Assembly (NCBI GenBank): GCA_010405405.1
Contig: MU004235.1
Coordinates: 2,224,506 to 2,288,505, forward strand
From: Microthyrium microscopicum
Taxonomy: Eukaryota
Direction: 5' to 3'
DNA: 64,000 nt
Each line of letters starts with the position of its first letter. The first letter of the stretch is position 1. Shown here one piece after another: positions 22,604 through 35,066 of this stretch. The notes under the pieces are model-generated. The model saw only the letters and a program-made list of their open reading frames with translations. It made no database searches and was not told the DNA's origin. A program made the position numbers and the translations under genes.

Positions 22604-23998
22604 TCAAAATCCCTTGTATCTATTCCCGAATATTAACCCCTGTGGTGCAACGAAACAGATCCACCAATCTACCCCCTTCTCCTTGGACCGCTCACTGCTC
22701 ATCGGCACAGCATATATCGTCCTCAACTCCTTCGCCTCTTTTCCAAGGCCCCAATACACGGTATCCATCCTCTCGGCTTCCTTATCGAAAAGTCTGAAGG
22801 CTCTCAACCACCCAAGCTGCGACCGCACTGCCTCCACCAGCTTGTCTCGCGACTTATTGTAGGCGACGAGTGCGTCATACGAGGCATATCGCAACATCAT
22901 CGCTTTAGATTTCCTGCGTGTAGACCGATCTGAAGTGGAAGGGGAAGGGTCAGGACGGGAGCGACTGAATACCAACACATGCGCATAAAACGGCGCAAAC
23001 TTCTCAACGTACCGCGATATCTGCGGCTGATCGATTGTATGTCTGCGCCAGTCGAAATATCCGGCAGTTTCCTCGCGGCCGCACAAATCCTCCGCTCCTA
23101 AACTTTCTTTTGTGGGTTTGTCATGATTTAACCAGTGCTGGATATCCAATCCTTCCGTGCCAGGCTTCTCTCTACTCCAACGACTTTTCGGCTTAGCAGG
23201 TGTGTGTAAAGCATCTGTGATATCCACGCTCGAAGTCCAGATAAGATGGCAGCGTCGACTACTAGTGATGTCGATGAGGGCGCCGTAGAAGTCTAGAAAG
23301 AGTCGGTTACTTGGCGTACTGGGCTCTGTGCGAAGGGAGACAGATAGTGGTTCGCTGGTCAGTTTTGCTGGAATTGGGTTGCATCCTCTGGTGAATAGTT
23401 TCCTAGCTAACGAACTTGCGGTAAGCGATTCTTTGGCGATGGGTCTTGTAAGCTGGTTTGCGTAGTACGGAATTAGGTTGACGAATTGACATGTCCCGAT
23501 GTTGAAACTTGCAGTGGCTGGAATGTAGGAGCGGCTGCAAAGTTGAAGCGCTTGCCCGGGAATGCTGTTGTCGCAGATGGTGCTGTTGGTGTATAGATGA
23601 GAGTGTCTGATATCGATATTGAGGGATGGTTTTGTGGGAAGGAAGAACCGTTTTAGGGAGGCCCGTTTCTGAGTGAGGGATCTTAGTCTCTTTGGGATCG
23701 AGGGCCTTGGTATCTCTGAGCTTGTAGACGAGGTCACGGCGCTGGGAGATCTGGGACGAGTGATCCTCAGGGGAGCGATAGCTGGTGGTTGACCTGGTGG
23801 AGTTATGGGAGCACTGGTGTCTGGATATGCTGAGAACCTGGGTATTGGGCTTTTTGAGGTCGTTTTTGGAGTTGCTGGAGGAGTTATGGGTGGGCTGGGA
23901 AGTCCTGATGGCCAGAGATGTTGGATTATGTTGTGGTCCGCACTATATCTGGTGAAGCTACGCCTCTTGCTCTTCGACTTCCTCCTGGAGTGGATCAT
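22604..23998 (-). CDS. Hypothetical protein, possible degenerate LOV/PAS-domain protein
   Basis: Intronless 464-aa ORF with a Ser/Pro-rich N-terminus and weak by-eye resemblance to fungal LOV-PAS proteins. Confidence 0.7.
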   Translation of the reverse strand: MIHSRRKSKSKRRSFTRYSADHNIIQHLWPSGLPSPPITPPATPKTTSKSPIPRFSAYPDTSAPITPPGQPPAIAPLRITRPRSPSAVTSSTSSEIPRPSIPKRLRSLTQKRASLKRFFLPTKPSLNIDIRHSHLYTNSTICDNSIPGQALQLCSRSYIPATASFNIGTCQFVNLIPYYANQLTRPIAKESLTASSLARKLFTRGCNPIPAKLTSEPLSVSLRTEPSTPSNRLFLDFYGALIDITSSRRCHLIWTSSVDITDALHTPAKPKSRWSREKPGTEGLDIQHWLNHDKPTKESLGAEDLCGREETAGYFDWRRHTIDQPQISRYVEKFAPFYAHVLVFSRSRPDPSPSTSDRSTRRKSKAMMLRYASYDALVAYNKSRDKLVEAVRSQLGWLRAFRLFDKEAERMDTVYWGLGKEAKELRTIYAVPMSSERSKEKGVDWWICFVAPQGLIFGNRYKGF

Positions 23999-24302
23999 AT
24001 TAGACGCTGCTGGCGGAATATTCGACGACTAGGTATAGAAAGAAGCAGTGCGATGGTATGGGTAGCATAGAGTAGGATAGTAGTGTGGCAGGAAGAGCGA
24101 ATATGTATGCGATAATGGCGGCGGCTGTTTGCATATCACTGACTGGTAAGTACGCGAGGAAGCATCTTATTGTTCAATGGTACATGGATTGCTTTTGACA
24201 TTTCCGGGTATACTCTCTAATTGTCTCAGACATCTTTGTCAACGATCAAAGGACAGACAACGATCAAAGGACAGATACTGACACCAGACCTGCTTGTCTC
24301 CC

Positions 24303-26483
24303 CTATTTCTTCTTCGCCATACCCTCCAGATATGCATCGGACCCCATCTCCTGAAGTTTGGCATCCTTGGCCAAACTCTCATCGGCATTTCCTTGCGCAA
24401 ACTCTTCCACCTGTCGTTGAATCCTATCATCTCCCACACCTATTATTCTCGCAGCCAACAACGCCGCATTCGTTGAATTTCCAATACCTACAGTCGCGAC
24501 CGGCACACCTCGAGGCATCTGGACGATACTGTATAGGCTGTCTACACCATCTAGCACGCTGCCTTTGACGGGTACACCGATGACTGGTAGTGTTGTATGT
24601 GAGGCGACCATGCCGGGTAGATGGGCAGCACCACCGGCCCCTGCGATGATGACTTTGATACCTTTGTTCACTGCCTCAGCGGCGAACTTGGCCATGAACT
24701 CGGGAGTACGGTGAGCGGAGGTGACGCGCACAGTATGTGGGATGTTGAACTTCTGGAGTATTTGGATGCCCGCATTCATAGTTGGTAGATCAGAGTCCGA
24801 TCCCATCAACACCGCTACCAACGGCGACAGACTTGACTTCGCGTCAGAAGAATCTGAGATAGCGGTTCCGCTGACGACTTTATCAAATATCTGGATAAGC
24901 GGTTGAACTTGTGCTTCTGCTTCGGCCATGGTTGGTGCAGTCACAGTGATATGTCCCATCTTGCGACCAAGAGAACCGTCTCCTTTACCATAGAGATGCA
25001 CTGTTCCATCACGCGCCAAAGCCTGATTGGCGAGCTCCAGATGTGCATCGGCAGTCTTGCCACCTAAGATGTTAAGCATGATACTTGGTTCGCGGAGCCG
25101 TAATCTACGCTCTGGGATCGGGAGGTCGAGGATAGCATGAAGATGTGCTTCGTATTGACTCATATAGCAGCCTTCGATGGTATAATGTCCAGAGTTGTGC
25201 GGTCTGGGTGCGATTTCGTTGACGAGGAGTGTGTTGTCTGGTAGCAGGAACATTTCTACGGCATATATGCCTTTGCCATCGAAGCAGTCAACGGCCTTCT
25301 TGGCGAGATCTTGGGCTTGCTGGGAGATGGCGGAGGAGACACCACGGGCTGGGGCATAGACGAGTTTGCAGATGCTGTTTTCGTGAACGGTTTCTACTGT
25401 TGGGAAGGCGAGGGTGCCGTTAGATGTGCGGATGACCTGAAATTTATTAGCATAGGATTATAGTCTTAAAATCGACATGCGCTGTAAACAGTTTTTATAA
25501 TTTCATAGTGAACTCCCATAGCACACTGTGGGAATCATTGAGTGCTATGGATATCGAGTGCTTTGGAAGCCATCCTCATCAAGTGTTCTGGGATTGTCAA
25601 CGTACCATGACCGCCAATTCCATGGTAAAGGGAGCCCATCGTTCGGCGTAAAGCTTTCTTTCTCCAAGGGCAGCGAAAGCTTTTGCGAAGTCGGATAGTT
25701 GACGAACGACATAGTTTCCGCGCCCGTCGTAGGCATCAGTGCGAGCTTTGAGCATAAAGGGATAGCCAAATTCGCCAGCAACGCGAGGTAGATCTTTCTC
25801 GGAATCTAGTGCTATAGACTCCGCTACTGGGACTTTGTGTGAAATTAGGACTTCTTTTTGATGGTATTTGTCCTGGATGATTTTGATGGATTTGGGACTA
25901 GGGTGAACCGGCGTTGTTTTTTCGATTTCTTGGAGAATCTCAACATCGACATGTTCAATTTCGATAGTAAGAACATCAGATAGCTCAGCGAGCTTTCTGA
26001 TCGCGGCGGGATCTTTGAAACTTCCAGTGACGTGATCTGGATGAGCGGTGATTTGTTTGGTGGGAGCGCCTTCTTTATCCAAGGCTATGATTTTGATATT
26101 CAGTCGATTGGCAGCTACACTTTGTTAGTACGATAGTATGAACAAATTGTTGCAAATAATTATTCTTGTATGAGAATGAGGTGGTGTGTCTTCAAAAAGA
26201 ATTCCATAGCATACGGTGTGCAGTGGCCATCAACTGCCATGGAAGCCAGTGGATGGGATAGCAATAGCTTGTGGAAATAGGACCATAAGTATATTTTGAT
26301 ATTTTTTGAAAGGTCTCAAAGCATATAATAGTAGCAGTGAACTGCAGAAAGTGCCAGCGAAGGAGTTCAATATTATCGAAATGACTTATAATTTGATGCA
26401 AGTGTGTCTTCAGGCGAGTGCTTACCTTCAGCGAGCATTCGGCCAAGTTGGCCACCGCCCAAGACTCCAACTTTACGATCCAT
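24303..26483 (-). CDS. ADE2: Phosphoribosylaminoimidazole carboxylase (PurK-PurE fusion), 3 exons
   Basis: [69 protein letters not shown]. Introns 26425-26115 (311 nt) and 25605-25437 (169 nt) restore the frame. Confidence 0.97.
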
Positions 26484-27245
26484 TGATTGAAGTTGTTGAA
26501 GTTGTTGGAGCTGAGAGCGAGTGCTTCAAGTTGTATCCTTTGGTGTGGTGGAAGAGGCGCCAAAGACTGAATCTCGAGTTATATAGACTCTCACAAATTT
26601 ATTGGGGATCTAGACACATATCGTACCGTTGATGACAGTTGCAAACGCTAACTCAAGATACAAGTTGAGAAAGTATTGATATAAAATGTTTGATATCACA
26701 TGCGAGGAATTTGAAGAGGAATTATGCGAGCGAGAAAGATTACTGGCCGTTCTGGCTTATTAAGGGCTCATGCTACCTGTATGTAACATTGAAGAAGGAA
26801 CGAGTTCTCAAGGCTGAAATGGTCGTCAGAGGGGCCATGAATCGCACTAGTAGATGGTGGGGGCCAATTATCTGCCCAGACCCACCCTTGATGCACTTAC
26901 CAGATCCAATGGAGTGGACAGGCTAGGAAGGGGCCATGACCACGCGATGGGGCCACGAGGGCAAGCCCAGAACCAACTTCAGCCGTAAGAGAGTAAGACG
27001 AGACGGATGCAACTCAGCTTCAAGCCAGTCTGACCCATTTAAGACGCTGAACTCTCCTTGTCGCTTGCCCGGTTTGCGACTTTCGTCTCACCTCCAGTCT
27101 GCACCTTGCCGTGTATCCTTCGCTTCTTCATCACCAACCTCCCCATTGTCCATCAAGTCTGCGCGTATTGAGAGCTTGATCCTCATCCGCAGCAACCCCT
27201 TACACCTTTTCACCACGTCTGCATAACGAACTCAGTCCTCACATC

Positions 27246-29914
27246 ATGTCAACCTTTGCCAGCTCCTTCTGGTCTGCAGACTATGCTGCCGGTATGTTAT
27301 CTACCCCTATTGTCCCTCGAGTCCGGTGACTAATGCATGATTCCTCTTTTAGGTCTCGGGGTACTGTTCGATAAGCTTCAGCAGGGCGTACAAGAAAACC
27401 AACAAGTGCTGAACATTGCTCGTCTACGCGCTGATGCTGAAGACCTGTATGGCTCAAAACTCGCCGATATTGTTCCTGCGACGGAACGTATGGGTTCTGG
27501 TTTTCAACGCGATGATGGTGCTAGCGTGCGAAAGGTGAGATCACCCGCGAATTTGTCAATCGCGTCAGCCCCACTAAATTACCATCCTAGGCCTACGAAG
27601 GGGTCAAGACTGAAATGGATGCAGCGGCCCAAAGTCATCGCAAGATTGCTTCAAATATCCGCGAACTAGTCGTGAACCCATTTGGTCGCTGGTGTGACCA
27701 GCACTCAGCTCGCGTACAAACAGCTCAAGACGACCTTCAGCAGCGCATCAAAACCCACGATCGCCAAGCAGATTCTGTGCGCAAACTCCGCAGTCAATAC
27801 TACAATAAATGCCGCCTGGTAGAAGATCTAGAGGAGGAAGATAAACTCGCTTTCCAAGATCCACAAAGCGAGGTTGCTCAAAGTAGTCCCAAAGGCAAGG
27901 GCAAAGAAGTCGAGGTGCCTACCATCAAAGAGCCGGAATCAGAAGAGGAGCCAGAACCAATTGAGATTGGCGAGCAATATTACAAACCTGAGCAAGTCAA
28001 GAAAATTCTGACCCATATGCTCGAAACCCTGAAGCTGGGCGAGACCAAAGTCCCAATTCTCGGCACCTACCTGAACGTTTCCACTGGTTCTGACATCACG
28101 GAATACATTCAAGCACACTTGGGCGCGACGAATGTGGCTGCTGCAGAGAAAATTGGCCAGGATCTCGTTGAGCATGGCTTTCTGCGCCTGATCGGAAATG
28201 TCGGCAATGCATTTGCCAACAGCTCTAGAATGAATTACCAATGGAAGCCAAAGACCTTCCAACTTACCGGAATCCCAGAAAAGAAGAAGACACCAGAAAG
28301 ATCCAATACTTTGGGTCTAGATGCTACTGATTCACCGGTTGGCGCTGTTGGTGAATATCTGGCAGGCTGGAACCCATTGAACAATCCATATCCAAATGAA
28401 ACTCCATCTGAACGACTTCGTCGCGAAGCTCGCGAGTCCGATGACAGATATAAAGCTAGCATTCGCAAACTGGATGCTCTGCGATGCAACCTCGAAGAGG
28501 CTATGGTCGACCGTTTGAAGTGGATGGAGCGCTGTGAGTTGGATCGTCTAAAGGCCATCAAGGCTGTTGTTTTGGACTTTTCTGGCGCCATTGGCAATGT
28601 CATCCCTAGCCTACAAAGCACTGTTGATCAAATGATGCTCTTCCAAGAGACCATTCAGCCTGTTGGAGATCTTAGATATCTTCTCGAGAATTATAGAACT
28701 GGCAACTTTGTGCCCAGAGTTCAGATCTACGAGAACTATTATAACAACATTGATGGTAAGCAGGGGCACCCAAGTCACTTCTAACCTCAGCTAACAGTAC
28801 AAAGGTCAAACTTTTGGTGTTGATCTAGAGGCACGAGCAAGAGCGGATAGAAAGCGAGTACCGCTCATCATCACAACGCTTTTGACTTATCTTGACGATC
28901 GTAAGTTTTATACCCGGTATTATCTTACCCAAACTAACAGTCTTAGACTATCCAAATCTCGATGGAGACGAGGCACGACGAGCTATTTGGCTTGTTGACG
29001 TACCCCTAGCAGCAACCCATCATCTTCGAGCAGCTCTCAATGACGGCAAACCAATCGCGCGAGAAACTCTAGAGAAATACGAGATTCCAATCGTTGCATC
29101 AGCCCTCAAGTTATACCTCCTTGAGCTACCAGATCCCATCGTGTCCTCCCACGTCTACGAAATTATCAAGACCATCTACAGCACCACCGCCACCGATTCG
29201 CAAGACTCAACCCGCATCGCTGTAATCCAAAACACCCTCGGCACGCTCCGCCTTGCTAACATTGCCACCCTCGACGCCATAAGCACTCATTTCACCCGCC
29301 TTATCGAACTCACCTCCGCCGACGAAACATACATCTCTTCTCTCGCCACAAACCTCGCTCCCTGCATCCTGCGTCCCCGCCTCGAAACGACACTCACCAT
29401 GAACGAGCGCTACGCCTACCGTCTCCTACGTGATCTCTTCGCCCACAAAGACGACATCTTCGGCGAGCTCAAACGCGCCTCCTCCGTAAAACTCCGCGAA
29501 CAAGCCAACACCACTCCCGGCGCAACCGCCACTCAGCAACGCGGCCGCGGTTTCAGCACAGATGACCGCTCCCGCCGCGAAATGGAAATGGAGCGCCAGG
29601 CAGCCATCGCATCCGCGACGAACCGTTCCCGCGCTACAAGTCCAGCACCTGGCTCCGCTCGTAGCATACGTCGCGAGCGCAGTCCTCATCGCATGAGTGG
29701 TGATGCGGGCACGCGATTCCCAGTCAAGGTTGAGGGGCAGACGAGTCCTACGCACACGGATCGTCGGCATACGATGAGTAGGAATAGTTTGGAGGTGCCG
29801 GGTAGCTTTTCGGTGGTTAGTCCTACTGCTGCGGAGACACCGGTCGCACCACCAATTGAGACGAATGGGACGGGTAGGGGTGTGGAGTTATCGGATAAAC
29901 CAATGGATGATTGA
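27246..29914 (+). CDS. RGD2: F-BAR/FCH-DEP-RhoGAP protein (Rgd2/Rga8-like), multi-exon
   Basis: MSTFASSFWSADYAAGLGVLFDKLQQG N-terminus, DEP-like AAEKIGQDLVEHGFLRLIG, and RhoGAP ASALKLYLLELPDPIV...LAPCILRP. Several ~50-nt introns. Confidence 0.88.
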
Positions 29915-31090
29915 GGCTATGGTGTAAAATCCATAGAAAAGATAGGTTAGAGATGAGTTGATGTTGTTATGGGTATGGTGTGTAGCGGTACTGCTCTACG
30001 TTTCCTGCTTCTGCGAGGGGTTGGGCATTGTATGGAGTCGGTTTGAGTCATACTTATAGGAATGTTTTGAGTGTATAAGATATATATGAACCGACTAATG
30101 TATTTCATTCAATTGTACTGATCAAGTCAAGTTCTTGCTGGAACGCAGTTTACTCGTGTCTCTTAGCATCCAGTCAACAATGGTCAGTCGGATTGCGCTT
30201 TCGATATTGTGTCGAATCTTCCAGGCTTGTTCAAACACGGTCAGTCTTCAGATCGATGACCCTTCGCATTATCGCATACAACACGTCCTATGGAAGATTT
30301 GCCGCGGTTAGATGTTCTTTGGGTCATGAGCGCTTTACCGTACTTGTTCTTACGGCGACATGAGCTTCACATCAGGATCTCTTCCGATCGAAAGCTCCCG
30401 GTACAATCGGCAGTCCCCAACAGTTTCCTTGATCTGCAGAACAATGTAAGTGGCGCAAAATTCTTGAAGATGGAGCTGAACTTGGCAGAGCGCCAGAGAT
30501 TTCTGCCGCCAATCGCACGTTGAGATGGCAACCACCACGCTATCAAAGCTTAGTTGACGCCACAGAACTCTCTGATTCGATCGCGCAACACTTTAAATGT
30601 TTAACCGCTGGAGAAGAATGTTGAAAATGCAGCAAACAGCCACAGCCTGATGCTCTCACCGTCGATTCTCATGCAGGTCCACTGCAAAGTTTGTCTTGAA
30701 GCCTTGTTTGGCTTTAACCTGTAGAGGCAGCCGTTGTTCAGCAAGCCCAGTTCTGCAGCGTCAGAGCGCTGAGGACGGAAAGATGGGGATGATCTTGGGG
30801 ACGGAGAAGAGTATTTGAAGTGGTGGAGGGACTCGACCGATACTTCTCTTGGCTCCTTAAGTTACGCTTTATCACTGATCAATCCTATATCTCTATCGCT
30901 CTCACGCATCTCACACTTGAACGCATACACATTCAATCCTCTTCAGTGCAAACTCTCAGTGCTATACCAATAACCACATCATTCGTGTCATACTCTTCCA
31001 CCACAGATCTTCCATTCCAGCTTTCTTGATCCAGACACAGACAAGAAGTAAGTATCAACATCTAACCAACTGACCCTCAAAGCAAGCAGA

Positions 31091-31688
31091 ATGTATCTCT
31101 CAACCATGCTAACCAGCACCCTCCTCTCAACAATCCTCCTCCTAAATCCGCTCTTCGCCAGGTAACCACACCCCTCCCACCACCCTATACCCAGCTAAGA
31201 GCCCATCCAGCGCGCGACCACTGACACCTACACCAACCAAGAACGACACAATCCCCCAAATGCCATGGATGACCAGCCTACCAACCACCATACCCAGCGA
31301 CATCCCAATCACCAACCCATACGCCAACCTACTTCCCAGCAGTCTCCTCAGCGCCGTACCAACACCAAGCAGCTTTCCCAGATATACTAACCACACCACA
31401 TCCAATAGCACATTCACGCCTGGCCATGGATACCATCTTACTAACCACACAACTACTAACCACAACAGTTCCGGTAGCCCATACCACAGCACGGCAGCAT
31501 CTAATGGCACAATCATGCAATGGCAGAACAGCACTGCTGGTCTGCCATGGACGACGAATGGCTCTGTGGCAACGCCTACGCCTAGTGTGTCATTTAAGCC
31601 GTTTGAGGGTTCTGCTGCGGGTCTACGGATGCCAGTGGGGACGACGGGCTTTGTGGTTGTTATAGGAATCTTGGCTTCGGTATATTGA
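31091..31688 (+). CDS. Small secreted Ser/Thr-rich, putatively GPI-anchored cell-surface protein
   Basis: Signal peptide MYLSTMLTSTLLSTILLLNPLFA; intron 31162-31210 joins it to the ORF at 31260. Many N-x-T/S sites; C-terminus FEGSAAGL...FVVVIGILASVY. Confidence 0.78.
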
Positions 31689-32649
31689 ACCCAGAACATG
31701 TGATGATACTTGGCTAATGATGGTGTTCCAGATGATTTGAGCTATGGATATAATTTGAACGACACCTGGACGGACGGATACCTACAAGCGGGCGTTTACT
31801 TTTTCGTGGCAGGAACAGGATATCTTTTTGGCGTTCAAGGACATCATCAGTCACGATGCAATGGATGCTATTATATGAGATATAACCGTTATTAGATTAC
31901 CCACGATACATGAAATAACAAAACGTTAAAACATTATAAATATTGTGTGCCAACTCCTATGGAAATCCACGCATTCGCCGGGGCGGAGTGGAAACCTCAA
32001 ACGGGGCATTCTTATATTTGGTCTGGCAAACAGGAAATGAACAACCATCTCGTACATGGAGGTAGGTACGAATGGGAGGACTGCTTGCGGCTGATTTTAT
32101 GGTACGAGGGTTATGGATGGTGGGATGTTATGGTTCGACTGTCGTGGTTTGTTTGACTAGTCTGGATTGATGACGTTATAAATGGAAGCATCTGGCTGTT
32201 GAAGCTGTATACAATACGATGTAGGCAGCAGCAGATATTCTAAACGGCTTATTGTGTGGTGTTGATGGGAGGTGAGGTTGATGGAAATAATTTTTTTGGT
32301 GATTAAATTGGGGTCAGGCATCAGGCTGTTTTGCCCTGAAATGCAAGGCCTCAATTTGATATCAACTCCACCATCTTTGAAAACTCCAGGTCGACATCAT
32401 ACAACCTTGGCATTGATTGAATATCGATATGAATCTAATCTGCCACGCAAGGATATCTCAACATATCATCATACAATGACCAACTTCAATCGCAGCGCTG
32501 TTGCTGCCGCCTGATAGGGGTATGGCTCCATGGTCAGGGCCCTCAGGGGTCGATTTTGAGCTCGAATAGGAAATTGCGACGCCTCAATAAGGAATTACAC
32601 GATACCAAGGCTTGGATCTGGACTGAATGCGGTCTAGAGCTTGTTAGTA

Positions 32650-33288
32650 CCGTAGCGTGGAGGGGGGAGTAGCGGACATGAAGTTAAGCTAAATATATTA
32701 TGCCGTAGGAAGACATTATAGTGTTTCTATTTCTTTGAAGACTTCATTCTTTCGTAGATTTTCATGTTTATTAGATAAAAGCATTTACAAGTAAAGATGA
32801 AGAAGGCACAATAGGATGTTGGCAAGAACGAAAGTGTAAAGTTTGAGAGCTAAATAAATCGGGGGCTATATACATAAGCTTGGCAATTTGTCTTTATTAT
32901 TGTAAAACCCCTAGTAAAACGTAGTCGTAAATCTGCCTCGCCTGACTAAGCTGTAGTATATTGATCTAACCTCCTTTGTAGTTCGAATTGTAATTTATAA
33001 AAAAAAAAGTACTTATTGCCAAATGTCTCGCTCTCTTAATCCTTTATTGAACTTGATGGTGATTTTTTTTGCCCCTCTTTATAGCTATGACATAGCTAAA
33101 AAATAGCTAAAACATAGTTTTTTCAGAAAATGCTTTTTTGAACAGAAAATATAGGTTTTCCAAAACAGGTATCTTCTCTTAGAAAGCGGCATCAATTGTA
33201 CCTCTCTACAGAATATACATTTTCTTGTCTAGAAGCTTGATAGGACGATCACTGGTAAATTTCCTTTACCCCCCCTCGCGCGCTACGG
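32650..33288. mobile_element. 639-bp AT-rich non-autonomous Tc1/mariner-like element, RIP-decayed
   Basis: Left end TA|CCGTAGCGTGGAGGGGGGAGTA; right end TACCCCCCCTCGCGCGCTACGG|TA. No ORF; sharply AT- and TpA-rich relative to the flanks. Confidence 0.72.
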
Positions 33289-33365
33289 TATATAATAGAC
33301 GAAAGGCTGCATATCTAAGCCCAGTGGTCTATGTAACCTTCAACTGATACATCAAACCAAAAGGA

Positions 33366-34464
33366 ATGTCGCTGTAAGACACTCCTCCCTCACTGCTCAC
33401 CAGCAGCTATAACTGACCATCTCCATAGCCCTCTACGCCTCAAAACTCAAGTTCGCGATTTTTGGAATGCAGATGATAGCGACGTCCGTAAAGCTTTTGC
33501 TGCGCTAGAAACAGTCGTTGGCAAACCGATTCAATGTGAACCCGACTGGGCAATTCTGTGGAATGTTCTCAAACCCGGCTTCCCCGACCAAGCAGTCTTC
33601 ATTCCGCTAGTATGCAATGCCGTAGCCTCCTGGGCGAAAGCATTTGCTGAGCTTGCAGATGATGAAGCCAATGAAAATTGGGTCGAGACGATGCTCACTG
33701 GCCTTCATCCCGACATTCGCATCGTGCTCGCTGTTGACGACGGGAAATCATCCACGCGCTGGATCTCTAACGAAGCTGCGTTTGAGATCTGCTTTCCAAA
33801 GACGGCTGCCTCGCCTCATACTCTGAGTACTGCATTGATTGCCAAATTCCACGCCGACTTGCTTTCCGCATTCACAACCAAAGCACCGAAGCAGACGTGC
33901 CGGACTGCGGAATCATGGACGGACGTTGATGGCGTTGCATCTGAGTTTGATGGATCGCCAATACTAACTCCTACGTCAACGATGCCGACTCGAATTGTTA
34001 TGCGACCAGCACCACCAACGAAGATACCCACATTGGCCATGATACCAAGACCCGAGGACATGCTAAGTCAAGCGCCATACTTCTTCATTGTAACTGCCAG
34101 TACTCGACAAATCAGGCTCGAGTGCAGCCACCAAGCAAGTCTGGATCTCCTGGTAGAGTATCTAAAGAAATGGGTGAAGCGAAATCATCGTCTAAATACC
34201 AAGGTATGTATATGCTGCAATGAATAGAGAAATTAATCACGCTGACCTGTTTAGCCTCCACTTGTTGAGATAGAGTGCCGCCCCAGTGCCTTTGGGCTGA
34301 GTACTATGTATGATCAAGCGACGATTTCTGTTCCTCAGGGCGACAATTGGACAATAATATCGCCAATGGTTGTTTTGAGCTTTCTGAATAATGCGCTGGG
34401 ATATGAGTTGACGTACCAGATTGACCATAGCTGGCACTTTATGAGACGGGTGGCTTTCCAGTAG
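33366..34464 (+). CDS. Fungal hypothetical protein (3 exons)
   Basis: MSL, intron 33374-33428, PLRLKTQVRDFW...LECSHQASLDLLVEYLKKW..., intron 34204-34254, PPLVEIE...; stop at 34464. Confidence 0.78.
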
Positions 34465-35066
34465 GCCATATATTGTTTCTTAAATACTAGATACAGTTAA
34501 CCAAAGGAAAGGGTGTCGTCAAATTATTCTTACGATATGCCCACAAATTACCTAGGTAGATTAGCTACACTGGTCCAGTGGTTGGGGCTTGGCCGTTGAA
34601 AGTAACCCTCAGCTGTTTGTTCAACTGGTCGCAGAGTTTACCATTGATCTCGAGATCAAGACTTCCAAATGTAATCGATGCGATGTTTGTAAATAAACCC
34701 CTGAAGCAGGGAATAGCTAATCCATGGGAGCAACTGGTAGCTAAGCGACATGAAACATGAGCAACGTTTTGGTGTACCTTGCACTTTCCTTCCGCCTACG
34801 TCATAAAAAAAGTAGCCAGCATTAAACCAGATCGCCAACTACTGCGCGGAATCCTGCAAGCAACTCGTTGCCTTGAACCATCAGAAGCAAAAAGTAAAAG
34901 AGCTTCATACCTTTCTCATCTTTACTGTTTGCTCAGCGTAATCCTCTACAGTGAGAGTTCTCCAATGACTGCATTACGCTAGCGGCATTGCTCTCGACCC
35001 CGTTTGTTTCCCAGCCTTTCAACAAGCTCTAAACCATCCGGGAAATAAGTTTGACACCTCATCATC

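Noticed and set aside
25560..25590. Box C-like TGATGA in ADE2 intron 2
   Set aside because: There is no CTGA D box downstream within the intron, so it is not a canonical C/D snoRNA.
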